Of a stretch of 64,000 bases of DNA, positions 1-21,290 are shown piece after piece. The stretch is from the human T2T-CHM13v2.0 reference genome, Homo sapiens, in the NCBI RefSeq assembly GCF_009914755.1, contig NC_060942.1. One strand, 5' to 3'. A program made the translations under genes and the position numbers. Every line of letters begins with the position of its first letter. Position 1 is the first letter of the stretch. The notes under the pieces were generated by a model that saw only the letters and a program-made list of their open reading frames with translations, made no database searches and was not told the DNA's origin.

Positions 1-170
1 CCTAATGTGAACTGTGCATGTGAGATATTGCGTGCTCCTTATGAGACTCTAGTGCTTGTCGATCTGAGGTGGAACATTTTCATCCCAAATCACCCCCCTT
101 CAACTCCCATCTCTGGAAAAATTGTCTTCCATGAAACTGGTTTTGGTGCCAAAAAGGTTGGGGACTGCTG
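1..170. mobile_element. MER1B-like hAT-Charlie MITE, truncated by the window start
   Basis: Terminal motif ggaaaaattgtcttccatgaaactgg...gtgccaaaaaggttggggactgctg. Confidence 0.7.
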
Positions 171-334
171 TTCTGGAATGGTATTCTCTTACTGAGATTA
201 GATACCTAATCCAGTTTACCACCGATAATTGAGTCCTTTCTGGAACGTACCTGGTAAGTAGAATTATAGACTCTTGCTGTCTAGTTTATATTTATTTGAT
301 GAATTATTCCTCTTGGAAGTGGTGTATGTGGTCT

Positions 335-540
335 TTGAAGTTGGAAAGGTCTGGGTTGAAGCCCACGGCTCCCTAACTCTATTCTGTGATGTCAGATAAC
401 TTACATACACTTCTTGCACCCCAGGTTCTATATCTGTAAAATGAGATGCAGTAATACCTGCATCTCAATTGTTTTTACCATTAAATGGAATATGTATTTT
501 AAAATGCTTAATAAAGTGCTTGATACCTAGTAAATAGTGT
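335..540 (+). mobile_element. MIR SINE
   Basis: ctgggttgaagccc..., core tctgtaaaatgagat, aaagtgctt. Confidence 0.65.
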
Positions 541-590
541 TAAAATATTTTGATAGAAGATTACATTAACTATAATTTTATGTGAATTAA

Positions 591-734
<144 letters not shown>

Positions 735-1418
735 TAATAAAAATTATGAGATATTTGTTCCAGTTCCAAATGACTCAGGATAATAAAAAACACTTGATAA
801 TTAGACAACTTCTCTCTCCTTGTTTTTTACCAAACTACTTTCATTGTTTGATATCCAACTAAAGAGATTATTCCTAGATGTATTTTTCTCAAACCTTTAT
901 TTACTGTAGGCTTGGTTTATCTTTTTTTGTCTCTCTTCTGTGGAGCTATGCATTGTTACTGAACATCAATCATCTCTTGAAGCATGGAGGAAAAGGGAGA
1001 TAATGTAGCTTTCCTTTTGTTTGTAGAAGTTATATCGTGGTGACAAGGTTTAGCAGCACAGAGCATTTGAGTATTGGATTCTCAATCCTCTAACCCACAC
1101 GTTAGAATTTCACATACGATGTTGTCCCACTTCCTACCTCTAGCAAGAAACCTCGAATTAAATGTACTCATGACTTTTCTGTCCTTCAGCTCTGATTTGC
1201 TGTTTCTTTGCTTACTTTATATTTTTTAGTAGTATGTTCCTTATTGAGATGCTACTTAAAGCTGTTTAACTCATATGTAAATATATGTATTTCATTAAGC
1301 CAGATTGTTACTTGTACAAATAAACATAATTTTTACTTATTCTGTTGTTGAATCATAGCTGAGAACAAAAGTAAAGTTACCATAGAATTTAATTATTTTT
1401 GTTTCCTTTTTATTTTAG

Positions 1419-1661
<243 letters not shown>

Positions 1662-2113
1662 TGAAGTTGTAATTTAGGACAGTGATTTGTTTTTCTAAAT
1701 GATTATCGGTTGGGCTATTCAGGTTAGATAAATATTAAATTTTTTCTTATGCAAGTCTTAGGTTGTTAGGTATTTGTAATTTTTGTAATTCCTGATTTTT
1801 GTGTACATTCATTTCTAGATGAATAAATCTTTAATGAACTCTTCTTTTAGTTCTGTTACGAAACCAAACTTTTAGATATGTATGCGTATTAATCCTTTAT
1901 ATGTTCCCTTGTCTTCTCTTTATCCTTGTTGCAGTTTTACACTTTATGCAGTCATATTTACTAACTTTTTCTTTATGCTTTCTGATTTTGTCTTACTGTA
2001 GAAAGGCTTTTTACATCTCAAAATTATATAAATCTGTAGCTTTTTTGTTTTTGTTGTCATTTTATGGTCAATGCATCTGTGTTTTTCTTTTTTGTATGTA
2101 GAGCAAGGTGGGG

Positions 2114-2255
2114 TTTTATTTATTTATTTAAATTTTTGAGTGATGGGATCTTGCCGTGTTGCCCAGGCTGGTCTTAAGATCCTGGCCTGAAACAATCCTC
2201 CTGCCTTGGCCTCCCAAAGTACTAGGATTACAGGTGTGAGCCACCACACCTGGCC
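2114..2255 (-). mobile_element. Alu monomer (FLAM)
   Basis: Reverse-complement left arm ending gtgagccaccacacctggcc. Confidence 0.8.
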
Positions 2256-2699
2256 CCCACCTTTTTTTCCCCCCCAGTAGAGAGATAGGGATTTAACAAT
2301 TATTTTCTATGTGGTATTCATATTCAGTTTCTTAGCACCAGTTATTGAATGTTATAATTTACCCAAGAGTTAGAACTTGTATAATACAAAGTTCCCATAA
2401 GTACATAGGTCTAGATTCTTTACTATAAAGTACTATTTTATTTTTTTTAATATGAGTAATGATACTGTCTTGTAGCTTTATCTTGTAATTTGGTATCTTT
2501 GGGAAAAAACATTTTCACTATTGTTCCTTTTTGAGAATACTTTTGCTCTTCTAGATAATTTTGGAATCAGCTTTGTACATTCACTTGAAGTAATTCTAGT
2601 GAGATTATTGGGATTGCATTGAATTTATAGGTTAACAATATTAAACTTTTTCATTCAGAATACTTCCTTAGTACATTCTTGGTTTTCTAGGGCCTGCAA

Positions 2700-2875
2700 C
2701 CAGAGATCCTGATTCGAATCCCATCTTTGCCACTTTCTGTTGGACAAACTACTCCCTGCCTTAGTTTCCTTACCTGGGAAATGGGTAGTTCACACCTCAT
2801 AGGGGTGCTGTGAAGATCAAATTTAAAAACTGGGGCAACTTCTCAGAATAGTGCTCAACACTATTAAGTGCTCCT
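2700..2875 (+). mobile_element. MIR SINE
   Basis: gattcgaatccc B-box region; ttagtttccttacctgggaaatggg core. Confidence 0.65.
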
Positions 2876-2911
2876 GCCCAGTACATATTGTTACTCAGTG
2901 GCTCCGCTGGC

Positions 2912-3221
2912 CTTTTTGGTTTTGTTTTTTATTTTTTGGAGACAAAAGTCTTGCGTTGCCACACAGGCTGGAGTGCAGTGACACAATGTAGGCTCACTGC
3001 AGTCTCTGCCTCCCAGGTTCAAGCAATTCTCATGGATCAGCCTCCTGAGTAACTGGGACTACAGGTGCCCACCACCATGCCAGGCTAATTTTTTGTATTT
3101 TATTAGAGACAAGGTTTTGTCATGTTGCCAAGGGTAGTCTCAAACTTCTGAGCTCAGGTAATCCTCCCACCTCAGCTTCCCAAAGTGCTAGGATTACAGG
3201 CGTAAGCCCCTGTGCCTGGCC
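2912..3221 (-). mobile_element. Alu (full length, old S/J type)
   Basis: Dimeric Alu in reverse with T-rich tail. Confidence 0.9.
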
Positions 3222-4089
3222 ATCTCTGACCTCTTAAATTTGCTGTTTCCAATTTTTGTGTGCTAATAGACAAAAAGATATAATTTTTTTCAAATGCTGC
3301 CTTAAAAAGAAGAGCAAGTAAGTTGAGTGATCAATCAGAGGGATTCTCCTCTAAGAGCAAAGTGATTTTGTTTGATTGAAAGCAGCTTTTATATAAGGGA
3401 CTTCTTGTGAGGGCTTTTAGGGAGAAGGTTTTGTTTTAGGTGGGTAAACTAATTCCAGGGTAGCTGAGGTGTTAATATGTCAGGATCACATTGTTTAATC
3501 CTAATTTATCTGGATACACGAGAGTGTGTTGCTAATAAACATAAGATTATAGACAATTGTGCAAATTAATGCTCTTGATGCATAGTAACATGTCTTACAG
3601 TTCTGTGTACATTTTTCATGCTTACTTGAATCTGAAAATAATTTCTAAAAAGTAAACTTAATTTTAGCATCATTCACTAATTTGTTCAAACTAGGTAAAC
3701 TCGCTGCTATTAGATGTCATAGATTTCTCAGATGACTTTCATGTGAACATACTAGTTCTGATAAAATTGTGAAACTGTTTTAGATACGGGATTTAAGCTC
3801 CTATATTTGTAGGAAGGAGGGATTTTGTTATAGGGGATAATCTTTTTGGATGTAAGACTCTTTTAGCCTCATGAATAGGTTTTAAAGATGACAGGCCCAG
3901 CAGCTAGTACATTGGTTCATATATAAGTAATTATTGACTTCTAAATGACAGACAGCATTCGTAATGTGGAACCACTTTGTAAACCTACCTTTTTGTGGGC
4001 AAACAGTATAAAACTACCTTTAGGTTTTATAGAATGCAATTTGAAACATTTATGTGTTTGTTTCATTATTTCTCACATTTTAGCAATAA

Positions 4090-4242
<153 letters not shown>

Positions 4243-4251
4243 TAAGTTTGA

Positions 4252-4503
<252 letters not shown>

Positions 4504-4737
4504 TGATTTTTAAATATAAAGTTGTGAATATTTGCAAATGTTTTATTTTTAAGTAAAAGAAGACACTAGCAGTGTAGGTTTTTATTGATATTTTGCATCA
4601 AAAGACTATGATGTATAAATTTTTTTATGAGCAGTCAAGTGTTCACATTACTAAAAAATTTAAAGCTAATTTTTTAGTAATGACTAAACCTACCTAGTAA
4701 AGACTAGGTTTGGATAGAATTTACATATCTTCATTAG

Positions 4738-5050
<313 letters not shown>

Positions 5051-5754
5051 TAATATCTAGCCCTTGACATAGTAGAAGCCACAGAAGCATCTTAATGAGA
5101 ACATGTATGAACAATTGTATTTGCTTTAAGGGCTATATTTGTATATTAATAACCTAGTTGTGCAATTTTTAGCTAGTCTTGAGGGTAAAAATGGGGTAAA
5201 ACTGTGAAGTACTTTGAGCTAAAAGGTGATTTGAGATTGATCAGTATTAAAATACATGTATTGATTAATACAACAAGAATGATTTCACTTTGAAATTTGT
5301 TACAAAGTTGAGTGAAACTAGTATACTAGTGTACTTGTATTCTGTGAACAGACCTCAGAGACTTTTGATACTACTCTTTCAGTAGTTTAATGTTGAATTG
5401 CCAAGAAATAGATGATTTTATTATCAATTTATTGCTGGGCAATAAATACAGTGCATAGTACATAGTATTTGTAGTCAGTCAGTCCTGTAAGATGTTGAAA
5501 TTAATTTTGCTCTTATAAAGCTTGTGAATCATAGAAGATTAGGACACTTTTAAGAATTATACACCGAGAAAGACCTTATCAAAATGAGTTACTACTCCTT
5601 TATAATACACTTAGAATTCATTTATAATATGGTGTTAGTTATCCAACATTTATTGAGCAGTGGGTGTTTTCAAAAGCTATCCAGAATAAGTTAATTCTAT
5701 TCCTTTGTTACACTGTACTTTTAAAATATATATTTTCTAATTTTGAAACATTCA

Positions 5755-5892
5755 AGCTGCGCATAATGGTTCACACCTGTAATCTTGGCTACTTGAGAGG
5801 CTGAGGCAGGAGGATGGCTTGAGGCCAGGAGTTCAAGACCAGCGTGTGCAATACAGTGAGACACCTTCTGTATTTAAAAAAAAAAAAAAAAG
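5755..5892 (+). mobile_element. Alu monomer (FLAM/FAM)
   Basis: ggttcacacctgtaatc...gaggccaggagttcaagacc followed by A tail. Confidence 0.8.
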
Positions 5893-6720
5893 AAGGAAAT
5901 GTTCAAATACACAGAAAAGTTGAAAGAATATTATAAAGTGAATATCTGCATACTTTTCCCCTAGGTTACCTGTCACCTTGACATGCCTTCTGAATTGTAC
6001 TTTGACTGTTACTGAGTGTCTGGAATTAATGCATTTGGTAATTTGTTTGGTTGATAGTGAATCCATCCTGAGAGTTTTAGAAGGGTAGTTTAACATTTTG
6101 GTTGTCAGACTTTCTGGTTCCTAGTTACTAATTTAATCTCCATGTCAGCTGGCAAACTGACAACAATGATTTGCTGATTTGGGAAAGAGTTGGTACCTAG
6201 TTATAGGAGTAAGTGTGGCAGCAATTTCCCAGAAACTGTATACCATATTGGACCTGTGAGTCTTTACCATGTATATATATTTCCTTTTTCATTCATATAA
6301 CTTTAAAAAAATCAAATTTATTAATAACTAAGATAGTATCCTTCTTGACAGCAAGCATCAAAAACTTAGGCTGAAATTATTTTTAATTTTGCCTTACTTT
6401 CCTTTGGAAATGGTATATTATGGTATAAGGTACGTAAGAAGGAATGGAGTTCTGTAACTTTACAGACTGTCCTCTGCGAAAGCATGTAATGGGGAGATTG
6501 TCTTACCTCCTCATTGCCCTAGAGGCAGGCATCAAACAAGTGTATAGCACCTTATGCTTGAATACAGATTTCTGTATTCTCTCCCAACAGGGTGAAGAAT
6601 GGTTGGCAAAAACACATCTTCTTAAGTATTATTAGAAAACACTTCAGTTTTATGAGTTTATTTTTTGGATAGGCTCTATATATAAAAGAGAAAATTAAAA
6701 AGAAAAGTACATTTTGCATA

Positions 6721-6905
6721 GCAGTGTTTCTCAACCTTTTTTCGTTATCACCCTCATAAGGAGTCTTTCTTGGCATCTTTTTCTCAATTGTTTTCCCCAA
6801 TGAAATTTTACTACTGCAGATTTACCATCTATCTGTTTGTATATTGTATTCACGTTTATAAAGTACTTGATACACAATGAGATTTTTATCGTCCCATTGA
6901 GAATG
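6721..6905. mobile_element. Degenerate hAT-Charlie-type MITE
   Basis: Starts cagtgtttctcaacc and ends ttgagaatgtg (inverted termini). Confidence 0.4.
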
Positions 6906-7241
6906 TGGTTTACAGTTAGAAGGCCTCCACTCATCCCTTTTGTGGAGCTAGCTAGTTCTCCTCCCAGGCAGTAAGGGTTCATCAGTTTTTAGTGTATCCT
7001 AGGAATTAAAGGCGGAAAGGAAGGTTTTATTGTTGATATTGACCAGGGATACCTTGGTTCTAAGAATAATATCAAATTTTTCTTCTTTGGTAATGCATTT
7101 GTTTGAAATATCCTAAATGTGTACAGAGGAAGGATCCAGCAGAATATTTAATTTTTTATTAGGTTTTCTGAATTGGAGTATATGAAAGGAAAAAAATAAA
7201 ATGAATGACAAATGTTTATGGTTATATTTGTTTGCTAGTAG

Positions 7242-7517
<276 letters not shown>

Positions 7518-8369
7518 TAAAACACATATGCAGAATCACATGTATAGAAAATAAGCTATTTTTAAAAATTTCTTTTTTTCCCATTCTCACATTTCATGAA
7601 GAACATTTATTCAGACTCTTCACAGGCCTGTTTGACATCAGTGTCTTCCATCATCTCTAAGGAAATTTAACTTATTTTTAGATTCAATTTTTAGTAGAAG
7701 TTGAGACTAAATTAGATGTATTAAAATTTAACAACAGTAACAACAAATAATGCAAATATTGGCTCCTCAGGAGCTAGGTAAGAATGAAAAGGACAAACTG
7801 ATTTTAAATTCCATAATTTATTATAGCATTAAAAAAACTATTGCCAGAGGCTCAATTAACAAGGTTTTTATGGTTTCCTAAACTAAACTTTACTCACATG
7901 GAGATCTCAGTGTTTTTTGTTTGTTTGTTTGTTTTTAATGTAATGCGTTAAGTAATGATTTTTAAGTATTTTTTTGTTGAGCATCTGCTGACATAGTAAG
8001 TTACTGCACCTTTTGACTGTGTGGTGGAGAATTCAGAGATATAGGAGATGTGCTTTGCTCTTGGTGATATTATATCCTAGCAATGGGGATAGTGTAAGCA
8101 TAAATAATAGGTAAGAAGTGGATCAATGCAATGGAAAGAAAGGATTAATAGTGTTTTGGCAGGTTAGAAGGAGAGAAGAGGAGAGGATTTTTTTTTTTTT
8201 TTTTTACTTTGGTTGGTCGTGTGGGCTGGAAGAACAGAGCAGATCGTTAAATACTTTGGAAAAGAAGTAACATTTGTGTGGACCTTGAAAGGGGTAGAGG
8301 CTCAGGTTTACACAGATAATTACAAGGTAGAAGGCTCTCTGTTCTCTCCATAAATGAGAGATACCATCA

Positions 8370-8610
8370 TATATTTAAAGCTATAGAATTGGATGAGATC
8401 ATCTATACTTGGTGAGTATAGCTAAAGAGGTAAAAGGATTGAGCCTGGAGCTTTCCCAACATTTAGTGGTTAGAATGAAAAGGAGGAGCTGGCAGAGGAG
8501 ACTGACAGGGATAAGCTGGTGAGACAGAAGGAAACTAGCAGAATGTGACATCCCTAGAGCCAAGTGAAGAGTTACAAGAAGAAAGGAGTGATCAGTTTAG
8601 TCAAATGCTT
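8370..8610 (-). mobile_element. L2 LINE fragment
   Basis: ggatgagatcatc...gaggagctggcagaggagactga...ccaagtgaag...gtcaaatgct pattern typical of L2. Confidence 0.6.
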
Positions 8611-9276
8611 AGTGGTAATGGAGTAAAGTGCTTTCTAGAAGGTAATCTGAGCATAGAGATGTGCGTAGGTTAAGTGCAGAAAAACAGCAAGTAGTAAGAG
8701 TTGGGTTGTCCTGCTGCCTATTGTATGTGTGAAGAGAAATAGTTTAGAAATGGGGCAGGCAAGGTAGGTTGGGATAAACTCTTATAGTCCTTGTTGGGAA
8801 TTTCTGAATTGGAGTAGTGGAAATTTCCCTTAGATTTTTTAAACCAAGTAAGGAGAAGAAATATGATAGGCAAGTTTTGAGCTGATGTATTTGAAAAATA
8901 ATATTAACTTGTCAAAGTTTATAAATTGCTGTTCATCATCTGAGAGCAGAATTTTATGGGGAAAAAAGGTTTCAGATATGTTGGCATTCATTATGACTGA
9001 ATTTGAAGGAATTCTGGACTTGTAAGACACATGCTTAATTCTAACACATTTGTATAAAGAAGCTGCCATATTTTTACAACTATTTGTTAAGTACAGAACT
9101 TCAAAAATACAATTTTATTTTAATATTAGAATGCTGTTTTCATTAGTTTTTCTAATGATAGTTACCAAGGTTTTTTTCTTTGTAATAAAGAAGTTCTGTA
9201 AAATTATTATTAAGCCTATTTCTCTTCGTAAATCTTAATACTGAAGCTTTTTTTTTTTTAAAAAACTAAATATTAG

Positions 9277-9450
<174 letters not shown>

Positions 9451-9907
9451 TAAGATACAGTATATTTCGCTAGTGACTAGTTTTCCATTGGATAAAGTGG
9501 TTGTAGTTTTTGTGTGGATTTTTATGTGTCATAAGTTGATGTTTTTAATAATCTATACAATTTAACATCATATGCTCAGTTTTTGTAAACATATATACAT
9601 TATAACTAGTTACCAAATTAATTTTATAAAGTCATATTTCCTCTAGGGCCCACTAACTAGTAAACATTGGAGCCAGAATTCTATCTCAGCAATGAGTAAC
9701 TACAAAACTGGAGTGGGTTTTTTCCCTATACCATGCTTTCTTGTTAATGTTTGATATGTTAGGACTACAGAGGTTATATAAAAAATATAAACAAACATTG
9801 TGGTGTAACGTAAGAATAGCTACTGTTATTTATGTACTTAATTAGGATAAAATATATTTCTTTGGAAGAAACAAATGGGTGTTTGTTTTTATTACAGCTA
9901 GATTTAA

Positions 9908-10054
<147 letters not shown>

Positions 10055-10375
10055 TAAGTCACACTTCAAGATGCATGACAAAAATAAGAAAAATTGGAAA
10101 GAATTGTGCTGTAAGTATTCTGAGTATGTCATTTACTCTGCTGTTAGGGCATTTGTAGTCTTAGATATTGTACCTATTGAGATGAACTTCTTGTTGAAAA
10201 AAATTAAGAGGTCTAGTTATACAAACAGAATTCTGCATTTGTTTTGTAGACAAAGAAGGAAATCTTATATATCTAAAGTGTCACTTTTATAGGCACTATG
10301 ATTAACATGTTTTAAAAAAACTCAGTTTGGCCTACAACTAGGATATTACAATACCTGCTGAGAGGTAAAGATGAG

Positions 10376-10740
10376 TGTATTAGTTCGTTTTCACACTGCT
10401 ATAAAGATACTACCTGAGACTGGGTAATTTATAAAGCAAGGAGGTTTAATTGACTCAGTCGTGCATGGCTGGGGAGGCCTCAGGAAACTTATAATCATGG
10501 CATAAGGCGAAGGGGAAGCAAGCCATGTCTTACATGGGCGGCAGAAGAGAGAGAGAGGGAAGGGGGAACTGTCAAACACTTTAAAAATCATCAGCTCTCG
10601 TGAGAACTCACTATCAAGAGAACAGCATGGGGGAAACCATTCCTGTGATCCAATCACCGCCCACCAGGTCCCTCCCTTGACACCTGGGGATTAGAATTCG
10701 AGATGAGATTCGGATGGGGACACAGAGCCAAACCTTATCA
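10376..10740 (-). mobile_element. THE1/MST-class (MaLR) solo LTR, 365 bp
   Basis: tgtattagt...aaaccttatca termini; near-perfect 5-bp TSD atgag/gtgag. Confidence 0.88.
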
Positions 10741-11056
10741 GTGAGTTATAAAGAAGAAGAAGGAAGTAGAAAGTGGCTTTTCTTCTTGTATAGCTAATGA
10801 TGCAATCATTTTGATTCTTACTGAATTTTGATTCTTAGGGGTTATCCTGTCTTCTAAAGGTAATTTGTACTATAAACAAGTAGAAAAAAAAAATCAACAA
10901 AAATTTGACAGTTTCTGGCTTTTAATTCCAAAAGGTTTTTTTTTTTCTTCTTCTTTTTTTTCAGTAGCCACAGGAATGGTTAGGGAGGAAAAAAATTTTT
11001 AGATGATTAATCGTAAAGAATTCCAGATTTAACCTTTTAAAATATATCAGCAATAA

Positions 11057-11293
<237 letters not shown>

Positions 11294-11382
11294 TAAAAGG
11301 TCACGAGATATTAAAATGCAATGGGAAGATTTGGCAGATTCAGCAAATTTTTGGGTGTAATTAAGATACTTTTAATTTTTGA

Positions 11383-11517
<135 letters not shown>

Positions 11518-11796
11518 TAATTTAGATCTTTAATATTGTTTTTAAAATATAATATCAAATTAAATATCTTCATGTAATTATTGATGACCTAGCAATCTGA
11601 TAGGCATAGCAAATTTTATTGAAGTTAGGAATTTCAGGAATGTTATGAATAGCTCATTTTCTTGGTGGATATTTTTCTAAGGTTTTTAAAAAATACTTCA
11701 TCTTGAATTTTTTCATGTGGGTAACTGGGCTAAAGTAAAGGCATGATACATATATGTAGAAGAATTTGCAGTAGGAATTTCTATAAGCATATATGT

Positions 11797-11853
11797 ATTA
11801 TTACAGTTCTAATAATTACAGTAATAATTACAGTATTGATTACAGTATTATTA
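11797..11853. repeat. Degenerate 12-bp tandem repeat (taataattacag) x~4
   Basis: attacagt recurs at about 12-bp spacing. Confidence 0.7.
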
Positions 11854-11854
11854 G

Positions 11855-12195
<341 letters not shown>

Positions 12196-12201
12196 CCTGC
12201 T

Positions 12202-12425
12202 TTTTTTTTTTTGAGACAGAGCTTCGCTCTTGTTGCCCAGGCTGGAATACATAATGGCACAATTTAGGCTCACTGCAACCTCCGCTTCCCCTGTTCAAGC
12301 AATTCTCCTGTCTCAGCCTCCTGAGTAGCCGGGATTACAGGCACATGCCACCACTCCCAGCTAATTTTTGTATTTTTAGTAGAGATGGGGTTTGATGGGG
12401 TTTCATCATATTGGTCAGGCTGGTC
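12202..12425 (-). mobile_element. Truncated AluS
   Basis: Right arm plus part of left arm in reverse. Confidence 0.85.
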
Positions 12426-12446
12426 CCTGCTTCTATTTTCAATAAC

Positions 12447-12449
<3 letters not shown>

Positions 12450-12488
<39 letters not shown>
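12450..12488. repeat. (AT)n microsatellite, about 19 units
   Basis: Read directly. Confidence 0.95.
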
Positions 12489-12494
<6 letters not shown>

Positions 12495-12802
12495 ATTAAC
12501 ATGAAATTTATGAAGTGGCATTAAGTACATTCATATTGTTGTGCAACCATTACCACTATCCATGTAAAGCATTTTTTCATCATTTCAAACTGAAACTCTA
12601 TAGTAATAACTCTTCATCACTCCTTTCTCCCTGCCCTGGTAACTACTTTTTAACTTTCTGTCTCTGAATTTGACTATTTTAGGTACCTCATAAAAATGGA
12701 ATTATATTTGTCCTTTGTGTCTGGCCTGTTTCGCTTAGCATAGTGTGTCAGAATTCCCATTCCTTCTTAAGGTTGAATAATATTCCCTTGTGTGTGTATA
12801 TA

Positions 12803-12834
<32 letters not shown>

Positions 12835-14549
12835 CACACACATGTATACACATACACCATATTTTGTTTATCCATTTGTTTGATGGATACTCAGGTTACT
12901 TTCACCTGTTGTCTATTGTGAAGAATGCTCCTGTGAACATCAGTGTACAAATAGTTCTTTGAGTCTCCGCTTTGGTTCCTTTTAGATACATTCCCAAAAG
13001 TGGACTTGCTGGGTCATATTATTATTTAATTTATTGAGAAACTGCCGTACTGTTTTCCACAGTGGTTGCCTCATTGTACATTCCAGTTTCTCCATGTCAC
13101 CCCCACTTGTTATTTCCTGTGGGTTTTTTTGTGGGGGACGGATAATAGCCATCCTAACAGATATGAAGTGGTATCTTACTGTGGTTTTTTCCCCCCTTTT
13201 TCCTACTAAAGATAATTGTGGTTTTGATTTGCATTTCCCCAATATTCAGTGATTTTGGCCATCTTTTTATGGGCTAATTGCCATCTGTATATCTTCTTTG
13301 GACAAAGGTCTATTCAGGTCCTTTGGCCATTTTTAAATTTTGTTGTTGAGTTGTAAGAGTTCTTTATAATCCTGGATATTAATCCCTTATCAGATAAATG
13401 ATTTACAGATATTTTCTTCCACTCTGTGGGTTGCTTTTTCACTTTGTCAATGGTGACTGTGATGCACAAAACTTTTTAATTTTGACAAACAATTAGTTTC
13501 TTTTTTCTTTTGTTGGCTGTGCTTTTGGTGTCTTATCCAAGAGATTGTTACTAAATTCAGTGTTACGAAGCTTTTCCTGAATGTTTTTTCCTTACAAATT
13601 TTATAGCTTTAGCTCTGTTGTTATTACTTTGATCCATCTGACCTTGACTTTTGCATATGGTTAACTTCTTTTTATATGGAAAACTTCTTTTGCCTGTAGA
13701 TATCCAGTTTTTCCAGCACCATTTGTCAAAGACTATACTTTCTCTATTGAATTGTTTTGGCCCACTTGTTGAAAGTCAGTTGACCACATATGTGAGAATT
13801 TATTTCTGGGCTCCCTGTTCCCTAGGTCTATATGTCTGTTCATATGCCCATGCTGCACTGTTTTTGTTTACTGTAGCTTTGTAAGTTTTAAAATGAGGAG
13901 GTGTGAGTCCTCCAACTTTATTCTTGTTTTTTAAGATTGTTTTGGCTATTTGGGTCCATGGAGATTCCCTATGAATGTAGGATGCGTTTTTCGATTTCTG
14001 CAGAAAACACCATTGCGATCCTGGTAGGGATTACACTGAATATGCAGATCACTTTGAGTATTATTTTTACCTTAGCAATTGTAAGTCATTCAATCCGTGA
14101 ACATGATTTTGTATCTGCAACTTTGCTGAGTTTATTAGCTATACCAGGGTTTTTTTAATGGATTATTTAGGTTTTTTCATATATGAACATGTCATTTATG
14201 AACGGAAATAACTTATTCTTTTCCAAAGTGGATGCCTTTTATTTCTTTTTCTTACCTAATTGGTCTGGCTAGGACTTAAAATACTATGTTGAATAGAAGT
14301 AACCAAAATGAGAATCTTGTCCTGTTCCTGATGTTAGAGGAAAAGCTTTTAAGTCTTTAACAGTTGAGTACATGCGATGTTAACTGCGGGTCTTATATAA
14401 GGCCTTTATCATGTTGAAGAAGTTTCTTTCTATTCCTTGTGTAGTGTTTTTATCATGAAAGAGTATTGTTTTCCCAAATGTTTTCTCTGCATCAGTCCAG
14501 ATAATTATGTAGGTTTATTCTCTCAAAGTGATGTATTGCGTTGATTGGT

Positions 14550-15712
<1,163 letters not shown>

Positions 15713-15999
15713 GTGAGTTCTTTTAAAATTGTGCTGAATTTGGCTTGCTAGCATATTGTTGAGAATTTTTGCATCAATATTCATAAGGGATTTTGGTCTG
15801 TAGTTTTCTTTTTCCTTTTTTTTTTTTTTTGATGTCTGTGTCTGACTTTGGTATCAGATAATGTTGACCTCAAAGAATGAATGAGTTAGGAAGTGTTCTC
15901 TCCTCTTTAAGTTTTTGGAAGAGTTTGAAAAGGATTGGTGTTTCCATTTATTTCTTAATCCTCTGTAACCAATCTATCACCAAGTATCACACTAAAGTA

Positions 16000-16234
16000 C
16001 AGTTGACCGTTGAAAAACATGGGTTTGAACTGTGCAGGTCCACTTATATGTGGCCATTTGTGAATCAAATGCAGATTGAAAATACGTTTTTGCGGGATTT
16101 GAAACCCACATAAACAGAGGCCAACTTTTCATATACACAGGTTCTGCAGGGCCAACCACAGGAGTTGTATGTGCAGATTTTGGTATACATGGGGATCCTG
16201 GAACCAATCTCCTGCGTAAACCAAGGGACAACTG
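16000..16234 (-). mobile_element. MER8-like Tigger MITE
   Basis: TA|cagttgacc...gggacaactg|TA: inverted termini with TA target duplication. Confidence 0.8.
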
Positions 16235-16239
16235 TATAT

Positions 16240-16615
16240 CTTCGTTCTGCCCATTCAAGTCCGAGTCATCATGGTCTCTCATTCTAACCACGTAGTAGCT
16301 GCCTCAATGAAAAGTCCTCTTTCACTCTTGCACTGCTCCAGCTCATTTTCCTCATTTTACGCCAAAGTGATTTTTTTGAATTGCAGAACTGTGTATATCA
16401 CTCACCTGTTTTATATTATTTCATCTTTAGTGGCCTAGGAAACTAGTCATAGCTCTGCAATACTCCACGCATGATCTGGCCCTTCCTCTCTCTCCAACTT
16501 GATCTCATCCTCACTTACCATACCTCTAACCACAACTGTTTTCTTTTGGTTCTTATCGAACCCCAGTTTTCCCAACTCTAGACCAAATTTTGTTCCTTAA
16601 ATGTGTCTTTCCCCT
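16240..16615 (+). mobile_element. L2 fragment
   Basis: Pyrimidine-rich L2 3' motifs such as atgatctggcccttcc. Confidence 0.5.
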
Positions 16616-16622
16616 CTAGGAC

Positions 16623-16764
16623 AGGGGTGACAAACTATTTGGAAAGCGTCAGGTAGTAAATACTTAGGCTTTGAGAGCTGTATGAGCTGTTTCTTATGAT
16701 TACGTAAGTCTGTTGTTGTAGATGAATGCAGCCATTGGCAGTCCAGTAGTTTGCCAGTCCCCTT
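16623..16764. mobile_element. MER58A-like hAT MITE
   Basis: caggggtgacaaact...tagtaaatacttaggcttt...tagtttgccagtccccttg. Confidence 0.65.
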
Positions 16765-16902
16765 GTTCTACAAGATTAAAAACTCCAGGAAAGCAATGAT
16801 GTTTTCTTTACCCTTTTTCTAGTACTTTGTATATAGGAGGTAATTAATTAATATTTGTTGAATAAATACATCAAAAATCAGAAAGTTGCTTGGGTCTTTT
16901 TA

Positions 16903-21290
<4,388 letters not shown>

